Origin: Pavona decussata
Lineage: Eukaryota
Reading direction: 5' to 3'
Length of the DNA: 64,000 nucleotides
Assembly: GCA_977016875.1 (NCBI GenBank)
Contig: CDRNST010000090.1
Location: 1,736,001-1,800,000 of the forward strand
In this document: positions 1 through 14,036 of the stretch, one piece after another
How positions within the stretch are numbered: position 1 is the first letter of the stretch
Layout: every line of letters starts with the position of its first letter
Made by a program: the position numbers and the translations under genes
Notes under the pieces: generated by a model
What the model saw: only the letters and a program-made list of their open reading frames with translations
The model's database searches: none
Told to the model about the DNA's origin: nothing

Positions 1-128
1 AATAAAGCGATGAATAACCTCTGAAGCCTAGAACTAAATTTTCTGTATCATAAATATGTGAAAAAATGAATGAACGAACGAAAGAAAGAACGGACGGACG
101 GACGGACGAAAGAACGAACGAATAAACG

Positions 129-377
129 NNNNNNNNNNNNNNNNNNNNNNNNNNNNNNNNNNNNNNNNNNNNNNNNNNNNNNNNNNNNNNNNNNNNNNNN
201 NNNNNNNNNNNNNNNNNNNNNNNNNNNNNNNNNNNNNNNNNNNNNNNNNNNNNNNNNNNNNNNNNNNNNNNNNNNNNNNNNNNNNNNNNNNNNNNNNNNN
301 NNNNNNNNNNNNNNNNNNNNNNNNNNNNNNNNNNNNNNNNNNNNNNNNNNNNNNNNNNNNNNNNNNNNNNNNNNNNN
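129..377. other. Assembly gap
   Basis: Run of N next to a gaac/gaaa/ggac microsatellite. Confidence 1.
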
Positions 378-759
378 TGTGTCGTAGCTTCTAGCGTACT
401 AGAATGTACGCTTCTTGGGGACACCAACTACTTTACATTATAAAATATACATACGATTTATCGTTATACAATATGTTAAAAGACACCTAACTACTTCACA
501 TTATAAAGAATACATAATGATCGATCAAAACTACTCATAAAAATTATAAAAACTTATAAAAATAAATAAATACGGAATAAGTTGCAACCTAGATCCCAGT
601 GCCTTTTCCCTAGCCTGGGAATTACCCACCTCTTTCCTGTCCTCCATGATGAATTTGTCGATCAGTAAATCGTTCCACTCTAGTCAAATCAATAAAGATC
701 ATTGTTTTCCTTAACTCTTCGTTTCGAATACTGAATTGGGTGTACTCTAATATTTTATT

Positions 760-1000
760 TTATCCAGTCCCAGATGCTCCGATTGTCCGATAACTCATTA
801 CGCCCCTCCGCTGGCCGGATTGGTATCTAACATAATCATCATTGTTCGAAAGGGAGCAGTTCATTTTCCAATTACCGGGCCCTTTAATGTCGTCAATCCT
901 ATTACAGAACTCCATGATAAGAAAATTAATGATGTTTGTATCTTTGTTTGGAGCATAAAAATTGATCAATACATTTATACATTTTGTCTTTAAACAAGAA
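760..1000 (-). mobile_element. Degenerate L1/Tx1-type endonuclease-region fragment
   Basis: INFYAPN and KGPGNWKMNCSL resemble the NxYAPN and GPGxWKxNxSLL motifs of L1/Tx1 ORF2; internally deleted. Confidence 0.6.
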
Positions 1001-1084
1001 GTTCTGCTTCAAAGGGGCAACCCCCTCCTTCCTTTTACACGTTTGCGGGTGTGAAAGGCAAATTTAGACGCTCTTGAGTCGTAG

Positions 1085-1651
1085 TAAAGGCCCGTTTAAA
1101 CGTTTCAACGTTTGACCAACACACGTTCAACAAAAGTTGAACGGATGTTGGGCAAATGTTAGATGAATCAAGTGTTTAAACAGTTTCAACCAATCCAACA
1201 TTTTCAAGAACAAAGGAAATGTTGAATCGATGTTGAATGAAACTTTAAATCAATTTAAATTTGATTCAACACGCTTTCAACATTTTTTTTTTTTTGGCAT
1301 TTTCAACAATATTGAACGACCTGTTCAAACGCCCCCAACATTTTCAACAATATTGAACGACCTGTTCAAACGCCCCCAACATTTTCAACAATATTGAACG
1401 ACCTGTTCAAACGCCCCCAACATTTTCAACAATATTGAACGACCTGTTCAAACGCCCCCAACATTTTCAACAATATTGAACGACCTGTTCAAACGCCCCC
1501 AACATTTTCAACAATATTGAACGACCTGTTCAAACGCCCCCAACATTTTCAACAATATTGAACGACCTGTTCAAACGCCCCCAACATTTGGTTCAACAAA
1601 GTGTTGAACGCATGTTGAGGCAAATGTTAAAACTGTTTAAACGGACCTTAA
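1085..1651. mobile_element. MITE containing a 41-bp tandem array
   Basis: TIRs aaggcccgtttaaac / gtttaaacggacctt; ttcaac/gttgaa-rich interior. Confidence 0.65.
1298..1589. repeat. 41-bp tandem repeat, 7 identical copies plus a partial
   Basis: Unit cattttcaacaatattgaacgacctgttcaaacgcccccaa; no spacers. Confidence 0.95.
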
Positions 1652-2604
1652 GTTGTTGACTTAAACGTCCCCTGAAAAACTATGCCTCAAAAGTTCAGAA
1701 TGTCACCACAGTAGTATAAGACATCGGTTTCTAATTCGGTTTAATATATAACAGGATTTATTCCGAAAACTAAGCCAATTTTATTAGTAATGGTTGTAGA
1801 AGAAGACGTATGGTATTTGTCAGTTGTTTACGCTGATGGTTGATTGTTAACTGAAGGTGTGAATGGCCCGAGGCCGGACCCCTTTTATACCGCAATTTCT
1901 TGTTTAATCTCCGCTTTTAGAATGATTTACCGTTCTAGACGGGAGGGTCCAAGATTTTAGAGTGAATAATACAATGAACACCATTTTTGAGCAGGATTAC
2001 TAGACCAGACGAATAACGATCTCACCTCCCAATTCATTTTTCCATTGTGTTTCTGCATCTTTTTTAGAGTTGAGTTTTTTGCAAAAGCATAAAATTTGCC
2101 TGACACAATACGCGATTTGTGCCCGGTGCAGCGATTGCGATTTTCGCCGATCGCCGCGATCGGCGTATAAAATCGCTGATATCTGGCATGTTGGATATCG
2201 GCGATTAAATTCGCCGGCATTCGCCTAGTGTGCCCGTAAGCGCTATTTTCTACTCTCATCGCTGCCAATCGCCAGTAAAGTCAACCAATCAGGATGGACT
2301 ATTTTATGACATGACTTTTCCAAATGGCGAATAGCAGCGATACGAGGAGCCTGGGAACAAGATTGAAGTGCCACATCGCCGCGATCGGCGAAAGAAGTCG
2401 CCAAGTGTGTCCGCATCAATTGCCTAGTGTGTCGCCGGCTTAAGTGTAAATTATTCTTTCTCAAAGTCATTAATAATTCATCAAGAGAAAACAAAGAAAA
2501 TCGCTACTGTGACCGTGGTTTGGATATGTGTTCTTAATTAACATAACATTTTGCCAACTTTAGCCTTGAATTTCTCCAGGAATTATTGATCATTCGAAAA
2601 TCAC

Positions 2605-2735
2605 TCGAAAGCGTGTTTCATCAGATATCCAAACACCTCGAGGTCGTTTAAAAAAAACTCGGCTGCGCCTCGTTTTTTCAACCTATTTCTCAGTGTTTGG
2701 ATATCTGATGAAACACGCTTTCTCGTGTTTGATAT
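2605..2735. mobile_element. Palindromic MITE-like repeat
   Basis: aaagcgtgtttcatcagatatccaaacac ... gtgtttggatatctgatgaaacacgcttt inverted arms. Confidence 0.7.
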
Positions 2736-2960
2736 ATTACTAAAACTACACGAATGACTAGAAACGACATTTGTTTGCTAAACAGAGGCGGATAAAATTT
2801 TTAAAAACACTTACCTCGTGTTCCAGATCTAGAATGAACCTTGCACATCAATACAGGCTAGATTTAAATACCGAGGGCGCAGGCCCAGGTTAATGAATCA
2901 CATATCCACGTGGTTTCAACTGTGGCGTAAAACAATGATAAACACGTTTTTCTTCGCTTT

Positions 2961-3335
2961 GGTTATAAATAAAACAGTTTTAGGTCGTTATTAATACGGT
3001 GGTTAAAATAAAACAATTTTTGGTGGTTATTAATATTTAATGGTGGTTAAAATAAAACAGTTTCTGGTGGTTATTAATATTTAACGGTGGTTAAAATAAA
3101 ACAGTTTTGGTGGTTATTAACATGGTGGTTAAAATAAAACAGTTTTGGTGGTTATTAACACGGTTGTTAAAATAAAACAGTATTTGGTGGTTTTGCATAC
3201 GGTGGTTAAAATAAAACAGTTTTCGGTGGTTTTGCATACGGTGGTTAAAATAAAACAGTTTTTGGTGGTTAAAATAAATCCGTTTTTGGTGGTTATTAAT
3301 GCGGTGGTTAAAATAAAACAGTTTTTGGTGGTTGT
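2961..3335. repeat. AT-rich degenerate minisatellite
   Basis: Recurring ggtggttaaaataaaacagttt units with a 20-40 bp variable period. Confidence 0.9.
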
Positions 3336-3827
3336 CACGAATTATGAGATCAAAACCGGTTCACAAACACTTGACATCTGGAGCCCGTAAGGGTTTCCAA
3401 ACATCACGTATTGGGCTGTAAAACTAATCAGACTAACTGAAGACAGCCATTCAATGTTTTTCGATCCCATATTTCTTTCCTATTCTGCTCTAAACAAAAT
3501 ATATTTATTCCAGTCAATTAGCCTACGGAACATGTGCAACAAAATTGCATACCATTTCGATGTCGCAGGCAAAAGTAGGGCAAATCAAACTTTAAAGCTC
3601 CTTTATCTTCTTAAATGAAGTAGTCGATCAGTAAAATGGAGAAAAACGTGCGACTTTGTTCCTGCCGTGTTGTTTCGGCCGTTTTTCTTTAAACAGCGAC
3701 GGCTCAAATCAATAAGGCAGTGTTACTCGATATTCACCTAGCTGATCGGGCTGACGCTCACGTGATCCTGAAAACGTGCTAAAAGCTAAAAGAATCTTGC
3801 TTTTACTCCCACGTACTTATAATGCAC

Positions 3828-4160
3828 TACCGAAAACTACCGCTTATAAGCTCTGGACTTACACAAATTCGTAAGGGGTTTTAGATGGGCTTATAAACGG
3901 GGGGGGGGCTTATAACCGGAATGAAAAAAACGTTTCGAAACGAGCTAAAGCAGTGTTGAACGAAATAATTTTTTCATTTACTAAAGCTTAATTAAAATCC
4001 AGTAAATGAAAAACGTCAATTAAAAACTTCAACATTTGGAACAAAAATTAAAATTAACAACACAAACGAAATTAGAGGGGGGCTTATAATTGGATGCATT
4101 TTTTGGTTTACAGGTAGATGGGCCTATCACCGGGGGGCTTATAAAAGGCAGTTTACCCAT
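3828..4160. mobile_element. Probable MITE with gggcttata subrepeats
   Basis: Starts taccgaaaactaccgcttataagc; four gggcttata motifs; degenerate right end ggcagtttac. Confidence 0.45.
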
Positions 4161-6798
4161 ACGCTAACGGGCGTAAAAAACCCGGCCAGGGAAGTTGATC
4201 CCGATATCAAAGCATCGATATTGAAACGATAACTATTGGTTGATGAGCTTGAAACTGGCACTCTTCCAGTGATTGCTTTGTGGCTTGCAAATTCATAGGC
4301 AATTTCTTAAGTTATTCACGCAATCATATGCCTTCTAACGCGCGTAAAACGTCTTTAAAATAAAAATTGGTTAATGCTGTACTGATAAACATTTGTTAAA
4401 AGATGTTTGATCACTGAGTACACAAATTTCGCTTGTTTGAATATTTATAAGCGATTTCCAGTTGCTGCAAGAGCTCTAGTTTCGATAGTTATATATTTTG
4501 ATATTTTCCCTAGCCCTGATGATGTCTGTTAAAGAGCTTTAGTCATCCACTCTTTCTAACGAGTGAGATACTCATTTTGAAAATAAAGGGATAACTAACA
4601 CAAATTTCTCGGTTTTTCTAGAAAAGTTCAATGGATTACATTGCAAAATGTATTCACGCGCTCTCACTCTTTTTATCGTGCGTGAAAATTCTCAAGAACT
4701 TTCCCCTTTTGATAGAGATACTAAAGCCTAGTTTGTTGAGGTTGGAAATGAGCCGCGAATATCGCGCTAAGTACGTAACCAAGGAAACAAGATACCACAA
4801 ATGTTACTGCATCTGTTGTTTTTATTGTATGTATTCATCAACCACAATGTTTTCATCATGAAGGTTGAATGAATGATTAATAGCCTAATATTTTTACATT
4901 ACCAGAGATATTTTCTTTACCCTAAATGATTTGAACTGTATATGTAATCTATGTACACAATTTCATATTTTGTAAACTTATAAAATTTCTCATACAAAAG
5001 TGGCTAAAATGTGAATTGCAAAACAAACTAACTGAAAGCCGCTGAACAAATTCATTTTAAGGTTCCTTTTGAACCATTTAACATATACTGTTTGTAGAGA
5101 ATAAAGGAAAAAGGACCCGGAACAGGCCAGGACAATAGTGGCCAACTGGGTCGACACAGGACACCCAGCATGCAGCAGGGGTGACCAGCACGTCACAGGA
5201 TACCACACAGTCGATTGTGTATTCGACCTTGTATAAACTGTAGCGTCGCTTCCCAGCCAACCACAATATTCCTGGGACTGTTTCGTTTTGATTTAATAGG
5301 AGAAAATGTAACTATTAGCCATAAAAGAAAGTAGTTGGCGTACATTCACGTACTGTTTTTGAACTTTGCTTCCCCGTTCTCGAGTGTACGCAACACTGTT
5401 TGCGGGAACAAAATATTTCTGAAAATCGTGTTCTCTTCTCGGAAGCAAATTTGCTTCTGTGACAAACGCATCGTGTGCGATTATACAGTGAAATTGTAAG
5501 GAGAACATTAAAATTCGTTACTGTTTGCAGCGCCTATAGACAAAAAATAAAGTTTGAAAATAAGTCTTCACATCTGCGATTCTTATATAGTAATGCATTG
5601 TATTCTTATATAGTAATTTTGTTCTGTGTTCATCTATGGAAGTTCCTAACAACCCCCGAACTGCACGAAAATCGGTTGATCAAAAAGACATGCGGTGTTT
5701 AAGTTTAAGTCCCTCTGAGACTAAATGATGTGTTCATATTGCGGGTCACTTGTAAGGAGAGGTTTGGCTGTTAATTGCAGCCTTATTTTCCTGTTCGCAA
5801 TGTACGGATAAGATTGCGTGTTAATCTTAAAGATACAAATCGCCAAGTGGTCAAGAAAAGTGAAGCAAAACTGAAGGAACTGTTTTGGTTTACGTTTTCA
5901 GTAAAATTTTCAAAAGGTACATGTGTATGTGTTTCCTACGTGTTTCCTTGCTCACAACTAAAACGATCTAAAACGTTCCTTTCAAGTGAGTTGCCATCGC
6001 TTGTCAAAGGCTACGTTTGCATTCGTTTTTGCCGTCCGCATGTCAAATATCCGTTTTCCAACATTACCACTTTTAGCAGCTTTGTTTTGCTTGTTCTTTT
6101 CCTGCTTTCAATCTCCGTATTCACAGCATTTTCGTTTGAATCTTCATTTTCAAACCTAAACTATCAAAAACGGATAGTTCCCTTATTTGGAGAGTTCACT
6201 AAGTCTCAGAAAGGAAAAACAAAACAAAAACAACAACAAAAAAATTACACCTTCACCATACAGACACTTCGCGGCATATCGAGATTTGACTGCAGTTGTC
6301 ATGTGACTTCATGTCCTTGTTTGGTCACCCTCTGTTTGGTTAGTCATGCAACACGTGGGTAAACCCAGGCAAGAATTGAAAGACTTGAAAGGTCTGCAGT
6401 ATATTAAATAACACGTGTGCACTGGTTCACAAATGATAAATCGAGCACGGCATTACAGAAGAATTCAACTTGAACTAAGGACATCTTTTTGAATGAGAGA
6501 AACTCGATTGATTTTGTTTGCAATCCCCAAACCATCCGTGCTCCGTTGTATGTTGTCACTTACTAAACTGTAATTTTAGATTTCTTCAATACGTCGTAAC
6601 TTTTACCAGATGCAAAATATCTTGCATATTATTTTACTCCAGGCCCTCTGAGTGTCCAGGCCTTCATTGCATTGTAATTCTAGCATAGGGTGACCTAGTG
6701 TAGTCATGCGTTGCTGAAGACTTTCAACGAATTGATTTTTTTTTTCATTTTCGCTACCAGATATTATGGACTTATTGCCTGCATGCAGAATTTGAAAA

Positions 6799-9700
6799 TC
6801 ACATGATTGAGGCGCCAGCAATTTCAGCATCAAGGGTCTTGAGACGTTTCAGGATCGTCTCGTTGAGTTTTTTACGATCTCGTTGGGCTTTCTTCAGTGT
6901 TAATATTCGTTTCTTTCCCGTGTCCATCATCCTATTAACAAATCAAAGTAATTAGTAAATTGAATGAAGAGACACGTCTACTATAGCCATGGTATTCAAA
7001 AATCAACCTAAGTTAAAGATTGAACTTTGGTGCTCTGACTTTGCCCTTAGTGAATAAAGAGCAATGAAGCTCCACAACAAACTTCTTACAAGGTTTTTGT
7101 TCGCATGTTTGGACTTTACCGCTAAAACCCCCACCCGAGAGGGGTACTTGGGTTCGAGGCTTGCACTATTCTGTTTTTTTCCTTCTTTTCCTCTCAAGTT
7201 TGAAATTCAAGTGAATGTTCAAGGTCATTTTGAGAAATGGAAACGAGTGTGAAAAAACGGTCCCAAAAACTCTTTCTGCCTGCCGCTCCGCTCTCAATCC
7301 CGACCCTATCTCAGACCAGAATGTGTCATTTTCCACACCAGTTTTCTGCCTCAATATTTCTGTATTCGTCATTTATCATCTTCGAATGGTATTTACTGGT
7401 ATTCTCTGCCTCTTTTTCTTTTGAGGATAAAGACATAAACGCGTTCATATACTCGCTTGGCTCTGATAAAACCATACACAGTTTCAGAGCACGTAAAAAA
7501 AATTTCAGACCAAAACAGTTCAAACTGCATTGCCTTTGGGCGCACAATGTTAAGGGGTAATTCAGTCATGTGTGAACACACGCCGTAAAAAAGCAGGCCA
7601 GTTGTACACGGTTGTAGTTCTTCTGACATAAATTGCAGTAATAGCTAATCATTGGCTACAAAATATTACCAGCTGACAGTACAAACGAGCAGGAACGACA
7701 AGCAGTCAGTTGCTTACGTTAAAACAAAAAAACCAAAGAAAGAAAACGCGATTTATTTCCTGGGTCCGTTTCTACCACGACTTGAGAGAACTTAATTACG
7801 ACAAAAAATTACATGAAATTGCCTTGGTCTGTTGCGATCACCGTTGACCAAGTTCAAACATTGAATAAGCACTCGCCCCATCCCGTATAATTTTTTTACG
7901 CTCACTTCAAAATAGTTCTAGATAGCGGATACTATAAATCACACTTAGCTACGTTTTCTGTTTAGAGAAAGAGAGAACACCAAGTAGAGTCGAACCCGGG
8001 TCACTGGAGTACCAAGCGGGAACCTTACCATTGATTTTGCTGTTTTTTCTGCTAGATATCCTAACCGCAAGCTGCCTAAGCTACATTGGGCTAACCGCAG
8101 ATCTCTTTAGGCTAACCGGAGTGTTATTTTGTTAGTTACCAGTCTGTCACGGTAAGTATCCGCCATCTAGACGCGGGCTTAAAAAAAATTGCTGTCCCGT
8201 CCCGTCCTGTCCCATCTGTGATATAACACTTACTTCTCAAGAAGTCTTGCTACCACTTGAGGGTTGACTCGACTGTATTTACTGGTGGTGGAGCCATGAT
8301 CGGCAAAGTACGTGGACCAGTCTTCATTTAACAGCAAATCTACCAACTGAAAGAAACAAACAAATATACACACGCATTATTAATCATTTCCTTCCCAGAG
8401 TCAACACTAAGTAAGAGAGCCATTGCCCAGCACTTTCCTGTGGTGCTGTTTATTGCTTTATGTCTGTTATTGCTGTTAAAGCTCAATGTCTTAGTAGTTT
8501 GTACTAACAAATTCTTGTTTTCAGCTTTAAAATCAAAGTCGTAATCATTTTCTTGCGTTCGTCTTGCTCCGCCTCGATTAGCTGTAGATATTTGCGGGAC
8601 AAGCAAGCCTCTAATTATGTTATATTTTTAAAACAAACATTGATTGATTGTGCTACAAAAGGTGGCTCTAACCTTTGGAGACTATGGATGAAATCCTAAA
8701 GTGTGGACATTCAAGTAAAAGCACTTTCCTGAGAGAACTATCCTACGGTGCTGTTTACTATGCTGTTCGATGTTGCTATGGTGCTGTTTACTATGCTGCT
8801 ATATGTTGCCACGGTGATGTTTGTTCTTCATCTACAGTCTACATTTCCAAGATGAAATTCTAGAGAGCTTTTAGATTTTTATTTTGGCAATACTGTGGGG
8901 AAAACAGTTCTAAAAGCTCGAATAACCTTCAAGCTGCGCTGGTCATAAAACTGTTTCGAGTCATTAGTCATGTTTACTATACCTGTCTGAGTTCAAGAAA
9001 CGTCATCTGCAATGTGCCGTCACTTATCCCTTCCACAGGATTCGAGTTGACAAACTCTGAAAAACAAGTTCGACAAAGTTAGATCTTGGAGTGTTTTCCA
9101 TTTGCAGGTCTTACCGGCCAGTCTGTAAATCGAATGCGTCATTTGAAGGGATGGTGGGCACGGCAAAATCTTGAAGTATATTTACTCCGAAACTGTTACA
9201 CGCTATTTTGAAGAAATTCGAAGGACTAGGATAAAACTTATCCTTCGAATTGGAACATTCCGTTTACGAACTGCCCGGTATGGCTGGCCAGTTCTAACAA
9301 TGGAAAGCGCCCTAACTTTTACATTACACTGAAGAAATACCAAACAGCCGAGTGCACGGAAGGGAAAATTATGTGAACCAGAGACCTCGGATGAGGCCAA
9401 TGACACCTCTGTTGGTTTGTTCAAGAAACGAAAAGAATTTGGGTCAACTTTGCACACGCAATTTTTCTACCCTTCAGTCAGTTGCTTTTCATCTTTCTCA
9501 AAATACACTCCTGTACCTCTCCACACTGAATCAGGCAACAGCCATTGTAGTTCTGTATGAGCAAGGTAAGCACAGATCCAAAAGTGATACATGACGACGA
9601 AGCTGTTTGAAACCTATTGTAATTGTGTTTATGCAAAGTTAAGTGTTATTCACAGTTAAGCGATCAAGATGAACAGCTAGTGTTGGAGAGCGACAAGCAC

Positions 9701-12700
9701 AAGGTAGCAACAATTCTGGCCAATATTTTCTAGGCCAGTTTCGAAAATAGCGTTGGCAATGTACATTTGTGTTCTGAATATCTATAACCAGTCGCCATAT
9801 GCTTGCTGGTGCTGTTATTGTGAATTTTTGAAGCCCACCCTCCCCTCTCCCCAAGCAACGTTGATAGCGACTGGAACTGATCATTCGGACTATACATAAA
9901 CACAGCAACATGACAACATTGCATGGGGTGGGGATAAGGAGGTATTTCGTGTTGAGTTTTGGAAATCGTCCCAACATTTTTGGCTAGGGTTGAAGGTAAC
10001 AACGATTTTACACAACACTGAGAAGTAGAAAGCGGACCAAGAATAACATGAATCAAGAGCATGCCCTAGGATGGTTCAAATGGAGTGTGATCGGTTTGCG
10101 TTAGTATGAGTAAGTATGATAACGTAATGCATAGGCAGGATAATACCTTCACATTTTCTAAGATCCTGGTTGAAGACTTGAAGGCCAAACGCATTCATCT
10201 GTTTCACCTGTAGACACAACGAAGCAACTACCAGTTATTGTGAAGCAGACCAACAACGAAATTACAGATCATTTAGTCTGTGACACAGGCATACTGGGAA
10301 AAAGAAAATCCAAGTTCTCCCAACAGGAGTCGAACCTAAGATCTTCTGGTAACTAGTTCGAATGCTCTACCACTGAGCTACAGGAGACTCGTGGGAGCTA
10401 AGGCCATTTAACTAGGTTCATGTGAAAAGACTTATTCAGGAAAAGACTTGTTGATTATCCCTTGTTTAATTATCGTTTTAAGAATATGTTATTCGCTTTG
10501 TTACCCGTGTTACAGTAAGTGTTTTGGTTCTTTGATTGTTGTAGTTTTTCTCACAAGTGTACCAACTGTTTTCATGGTTTGAGATTTAGTCTGTGCATTC
10601 TAGTTGGTAGTTAGTTGTTAGTAGCAGCTGAGTACGGTAGCAGGTTTAAGTTGTAATTCTAGTTGAAAGGAACATGCCTAGGCAGAAATTCGTCTCATTA
10701 ACCTCACTTCCTCAGTGTGGCGGAAAACCGTATAATTTGTAACTTAACTCGAACCAAGAACAACACATGACGGGTGGTAAGGTCAAATCTGGTTGGAGCT
10801 TCCTACCATTATCAACAGGTTTTACACACTGCAAAAAGTACAGATTATGGCGAGGTAAATGAACATTCAAGGCTTACCTCTTCATCCAAAAGCATCTCTC
10901 TGAGTTTGGTGGCCAGATATTTACAGGAAGACATGCATGCTGTTTGAGCTACGTTGCCCTATGGACACAGACATTTATAAATATATTAATAAACCAAAGA
11001 AACAATAACTCCAGAAAATAAATGACGTAGATAGTTTTCATTCAATTACTGAGTGCTCATGAAACGCTTATACCGTATTCAATATTTCATGATACTTTAA
11101 AGAATAGCTACATTCAATTTAGCCATGTTCAACGTGGAGGCAATGCCTTTATAGCGGGCGGATTCCCCACATTCCAGCATGTCAAATGCGGAGTACAAGC
11201 ACTAAAGTAAACGTGAACACCAGCAGACTGGCCTACTTACCGGTAACGGTGAGAAATTTAAAAAAGTGGTGTGAAGATAGTCCAAAAGATCCACTAAATA
11301 ACTACTGGCGTGTAACCTGGTATTTTCTGGAACCCAGTTATAATTCGCTGAAAACAAACAGACAGAAACTTGAGATTGAGTCAAACTTTATTCTGTCACT
11401 GAAGTTACTCTCAACGAACTAACGTCTCCAAGGTATGGATAACACTACACACATGACTGCAAACAAATGATAAATTTCAACAGGTGTCTACTGCTAAAAC
11501 CCTTAGACATAACACCGCGCATGTCAATACCGAAGTACACTGAATGATAAGTAAGGTATGGACACAGCCTACAATTAATATTTTTATAGCTGCCAATGTT
11601 GCAGAGACTAAAATTGGGTACCGAAAGCGATGGGCCTTTTTCGAGTTGCTCCCAACCTCATTATGAGGAAAGCTTTTCATATGAAAATTTGTTTTGTTTG
11701 CATATGAATGAAACTAATTTTCACATGTAAAGCTTAACACTTAGCCTCGCTTTCATAGTGAAGTTCCAAGCAACTTGAAAATTTTCTCAACGTTTGCTTT
11801 GACTTGCTATACTGTGCTTAGTGATTGGTTATAAGTAACTCGCGCTATTTTCTCAATTAATAAGAAGCAAAACCGAAAGCAATCGTTACTTGCTCGCGCG
11901 CGTTCCTTTATAACATTTTGCGTGTGCTTTCGACGTTATATACACACCTAACTCTAAAAATTCCTCTATTTTCATGTTAAGTCTTTCATACACTTGCTGC
12001 TCGGTTTCAGCTCTCATGTCCTGTCAGAAAAATACAAACAATAATCTTTTTTATCTTTATTTCTTAAATAAACCACACCAATGGCCCAGAGTCTCCACCA
12101 ACAGTCAAGACAAGTAAGAGCTGTTCAGAGAGGTGAATCAGGAGAGAAAAATGGTGGCTCCCAACGCTTAAAGGGGACGGTTTGGATGTTACAAAATTTC
12201 AATGAATTGTGTCGAAAAAGTTGCTGGGGAACAAGACCTTCGATTCTCTAGCAACCTTTTACATAAAAATTCAAAGTCACCAAAACACACTCTTAAGCAC
12301 CGGGGATCTCAAAATTGGCCATTTTTATGATTATTTTGTTATGCTCTTTCGATTTGATTGACCCATTTGCAAAGGACCTATTTTACCTAATTTCGTTCCA
12401 CGTGATCAAGCTTGCAAAACGTGACGCCACAGTCATTACTAAAATATCAATGTGAACGATACCGTAATTAACAGATTAGGAAACGAAACTCAACTGTTGT
12501 CCTCTATTTATTCACCAAAGGGTAAACTCTTGGCTTTTTTCCCTCAAATTTTGTTAGAGTTATGATTAATTGGTCACAGGACTTCGTGTCGTCCAATTCT
12601 GTCTGTAATCATGCTCGTGATTAAACGAATGTTAATCACTCGTATGATAACAGACCGAATTGAACTCCACTACATGTAAGTCCAATTACTATCATATGTT

Positions 12701-14005
12701 ATCAAATGCTTGATAAAACACACTGGTCATGAGATTATAGAAATGATCACAATAGAAAACATATCTTGATGTTGAAACAAATTCTCCTTACCTTGAACGT
12801 GGACAGGCCATAAACCCGAGAAACGTTTGCTATTTCACAGGAGGTGCTGAGGATATAACATGCACATTTACTGGTCACAATAGTTGTCATCATAAATGTA
12901 AGCTGTATGTAGTTCATAATCGATGGCAAAAGCACGGTTCTTGACTGGCTGTCAAGCGAAATCTCCTGTTTGCTTGGTTTTGCTAGTCGAACTCAGTAAC
13001 TGGATTAAGAAAATAAACTATGCAATGCCCTTAAACGAATAAAAACAAACATCCTTTTTTTATCTAAAAATCAGGAACAAATTCAATAGCAATGGTAGCT
13101 TCCTATGCTTGCGGCCAGTAACACGTTTTTGCTTCAAACTCTGATTAGTTCATTGCATTATCTCCATTTGTTACGATTGGTCCCTTTAGATTGGGGGGTG
13201 GGGGGGGGGGGGGGCTTTAGACAGTCAAGACGATACAAGACCACTCACGTAANNNNNNNNNNNNNNNNNNNNNNNNNNNNNNNNNNNNNNNNNNNNNNNN
13301 NNNNNNNNNNNNNNNNNNNNNNNNNNNNNNNNNNNNNNNNNNNNNNNNNNNNNNNNNNNNNNNNNNNNNNNNNNNNNNNNNNNNNNNNNNNNTAAGTACG
13401 CCAGTCTAAAACTTATTTCTACTCAAAGACCTCCTCACCCTGTTACAGCTATGACATGTTCTTCCAGATGAGCACAAGCTTCTTCTAAATGAATCGTGTT
13501 GATGGATAGTTGAACCAGCTGGTAGGACAAAAAATAATCAGATTCAGGAAGCTAACCAAAATCAGGAAATACACATATGGTGCACTTACACAAAACAACC
13601 TTATCATCATCATCATCATAGTCGCCACCAACATCATCATCATCATCAAGTTAGTAAGCCGGTTTGGCATTTCTTCTCTAATACGGTCAAGTCAAAATTG
13701 TGGCTGTGTTTAAATCATTTATGCTGAAATTTTCAACTTCATGGTTTGGGTATAAGATATTCAGCTAACCGAGAGTACAGCTAAGACTACATGTAGCAAA
13801 CCTGAGGAATTGACAAGCCTGTTCTTCTAATAAGTGATATGAAGCAACCTAAAAAAGAAAACAGAATTTATCAATTTTACATTGGATAGCACAAAAGGTT
13901 TTAATTATTGATCACTAGATCAATAAATCAATTGATCAATTAAGAAAGCAATCAATGAAGCAATCAATCAATTAGTTAACAAATCAATTGAGAAAGCAAG
14001 CAAGC

Positions 14006-14036
<31 letters not shown>

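Noticed and set aside
1298-1589. CRISPR-like palindromic repeat
   Set aside because: Units are contiguous with no spacers, there are no cas genes, and the context is eukaryotic.
5097-5340. Selenoprotein-type TGA read-through frames
   Set aside because: No recognisable redox motif or SECIS element, and no family resemblance.
5775-6362. 195-aa plus-strand ORF
   Set aside because: Non-ATG start, low-complexity composition, no recognisable homology.
10310-10385. tRNA gene
   Set aside because: A and B boxes are present but there is no paired acceptor stem, and flanks are SINE-like. The same applies to remnants near 7985, 29930, 39685 and 57952.
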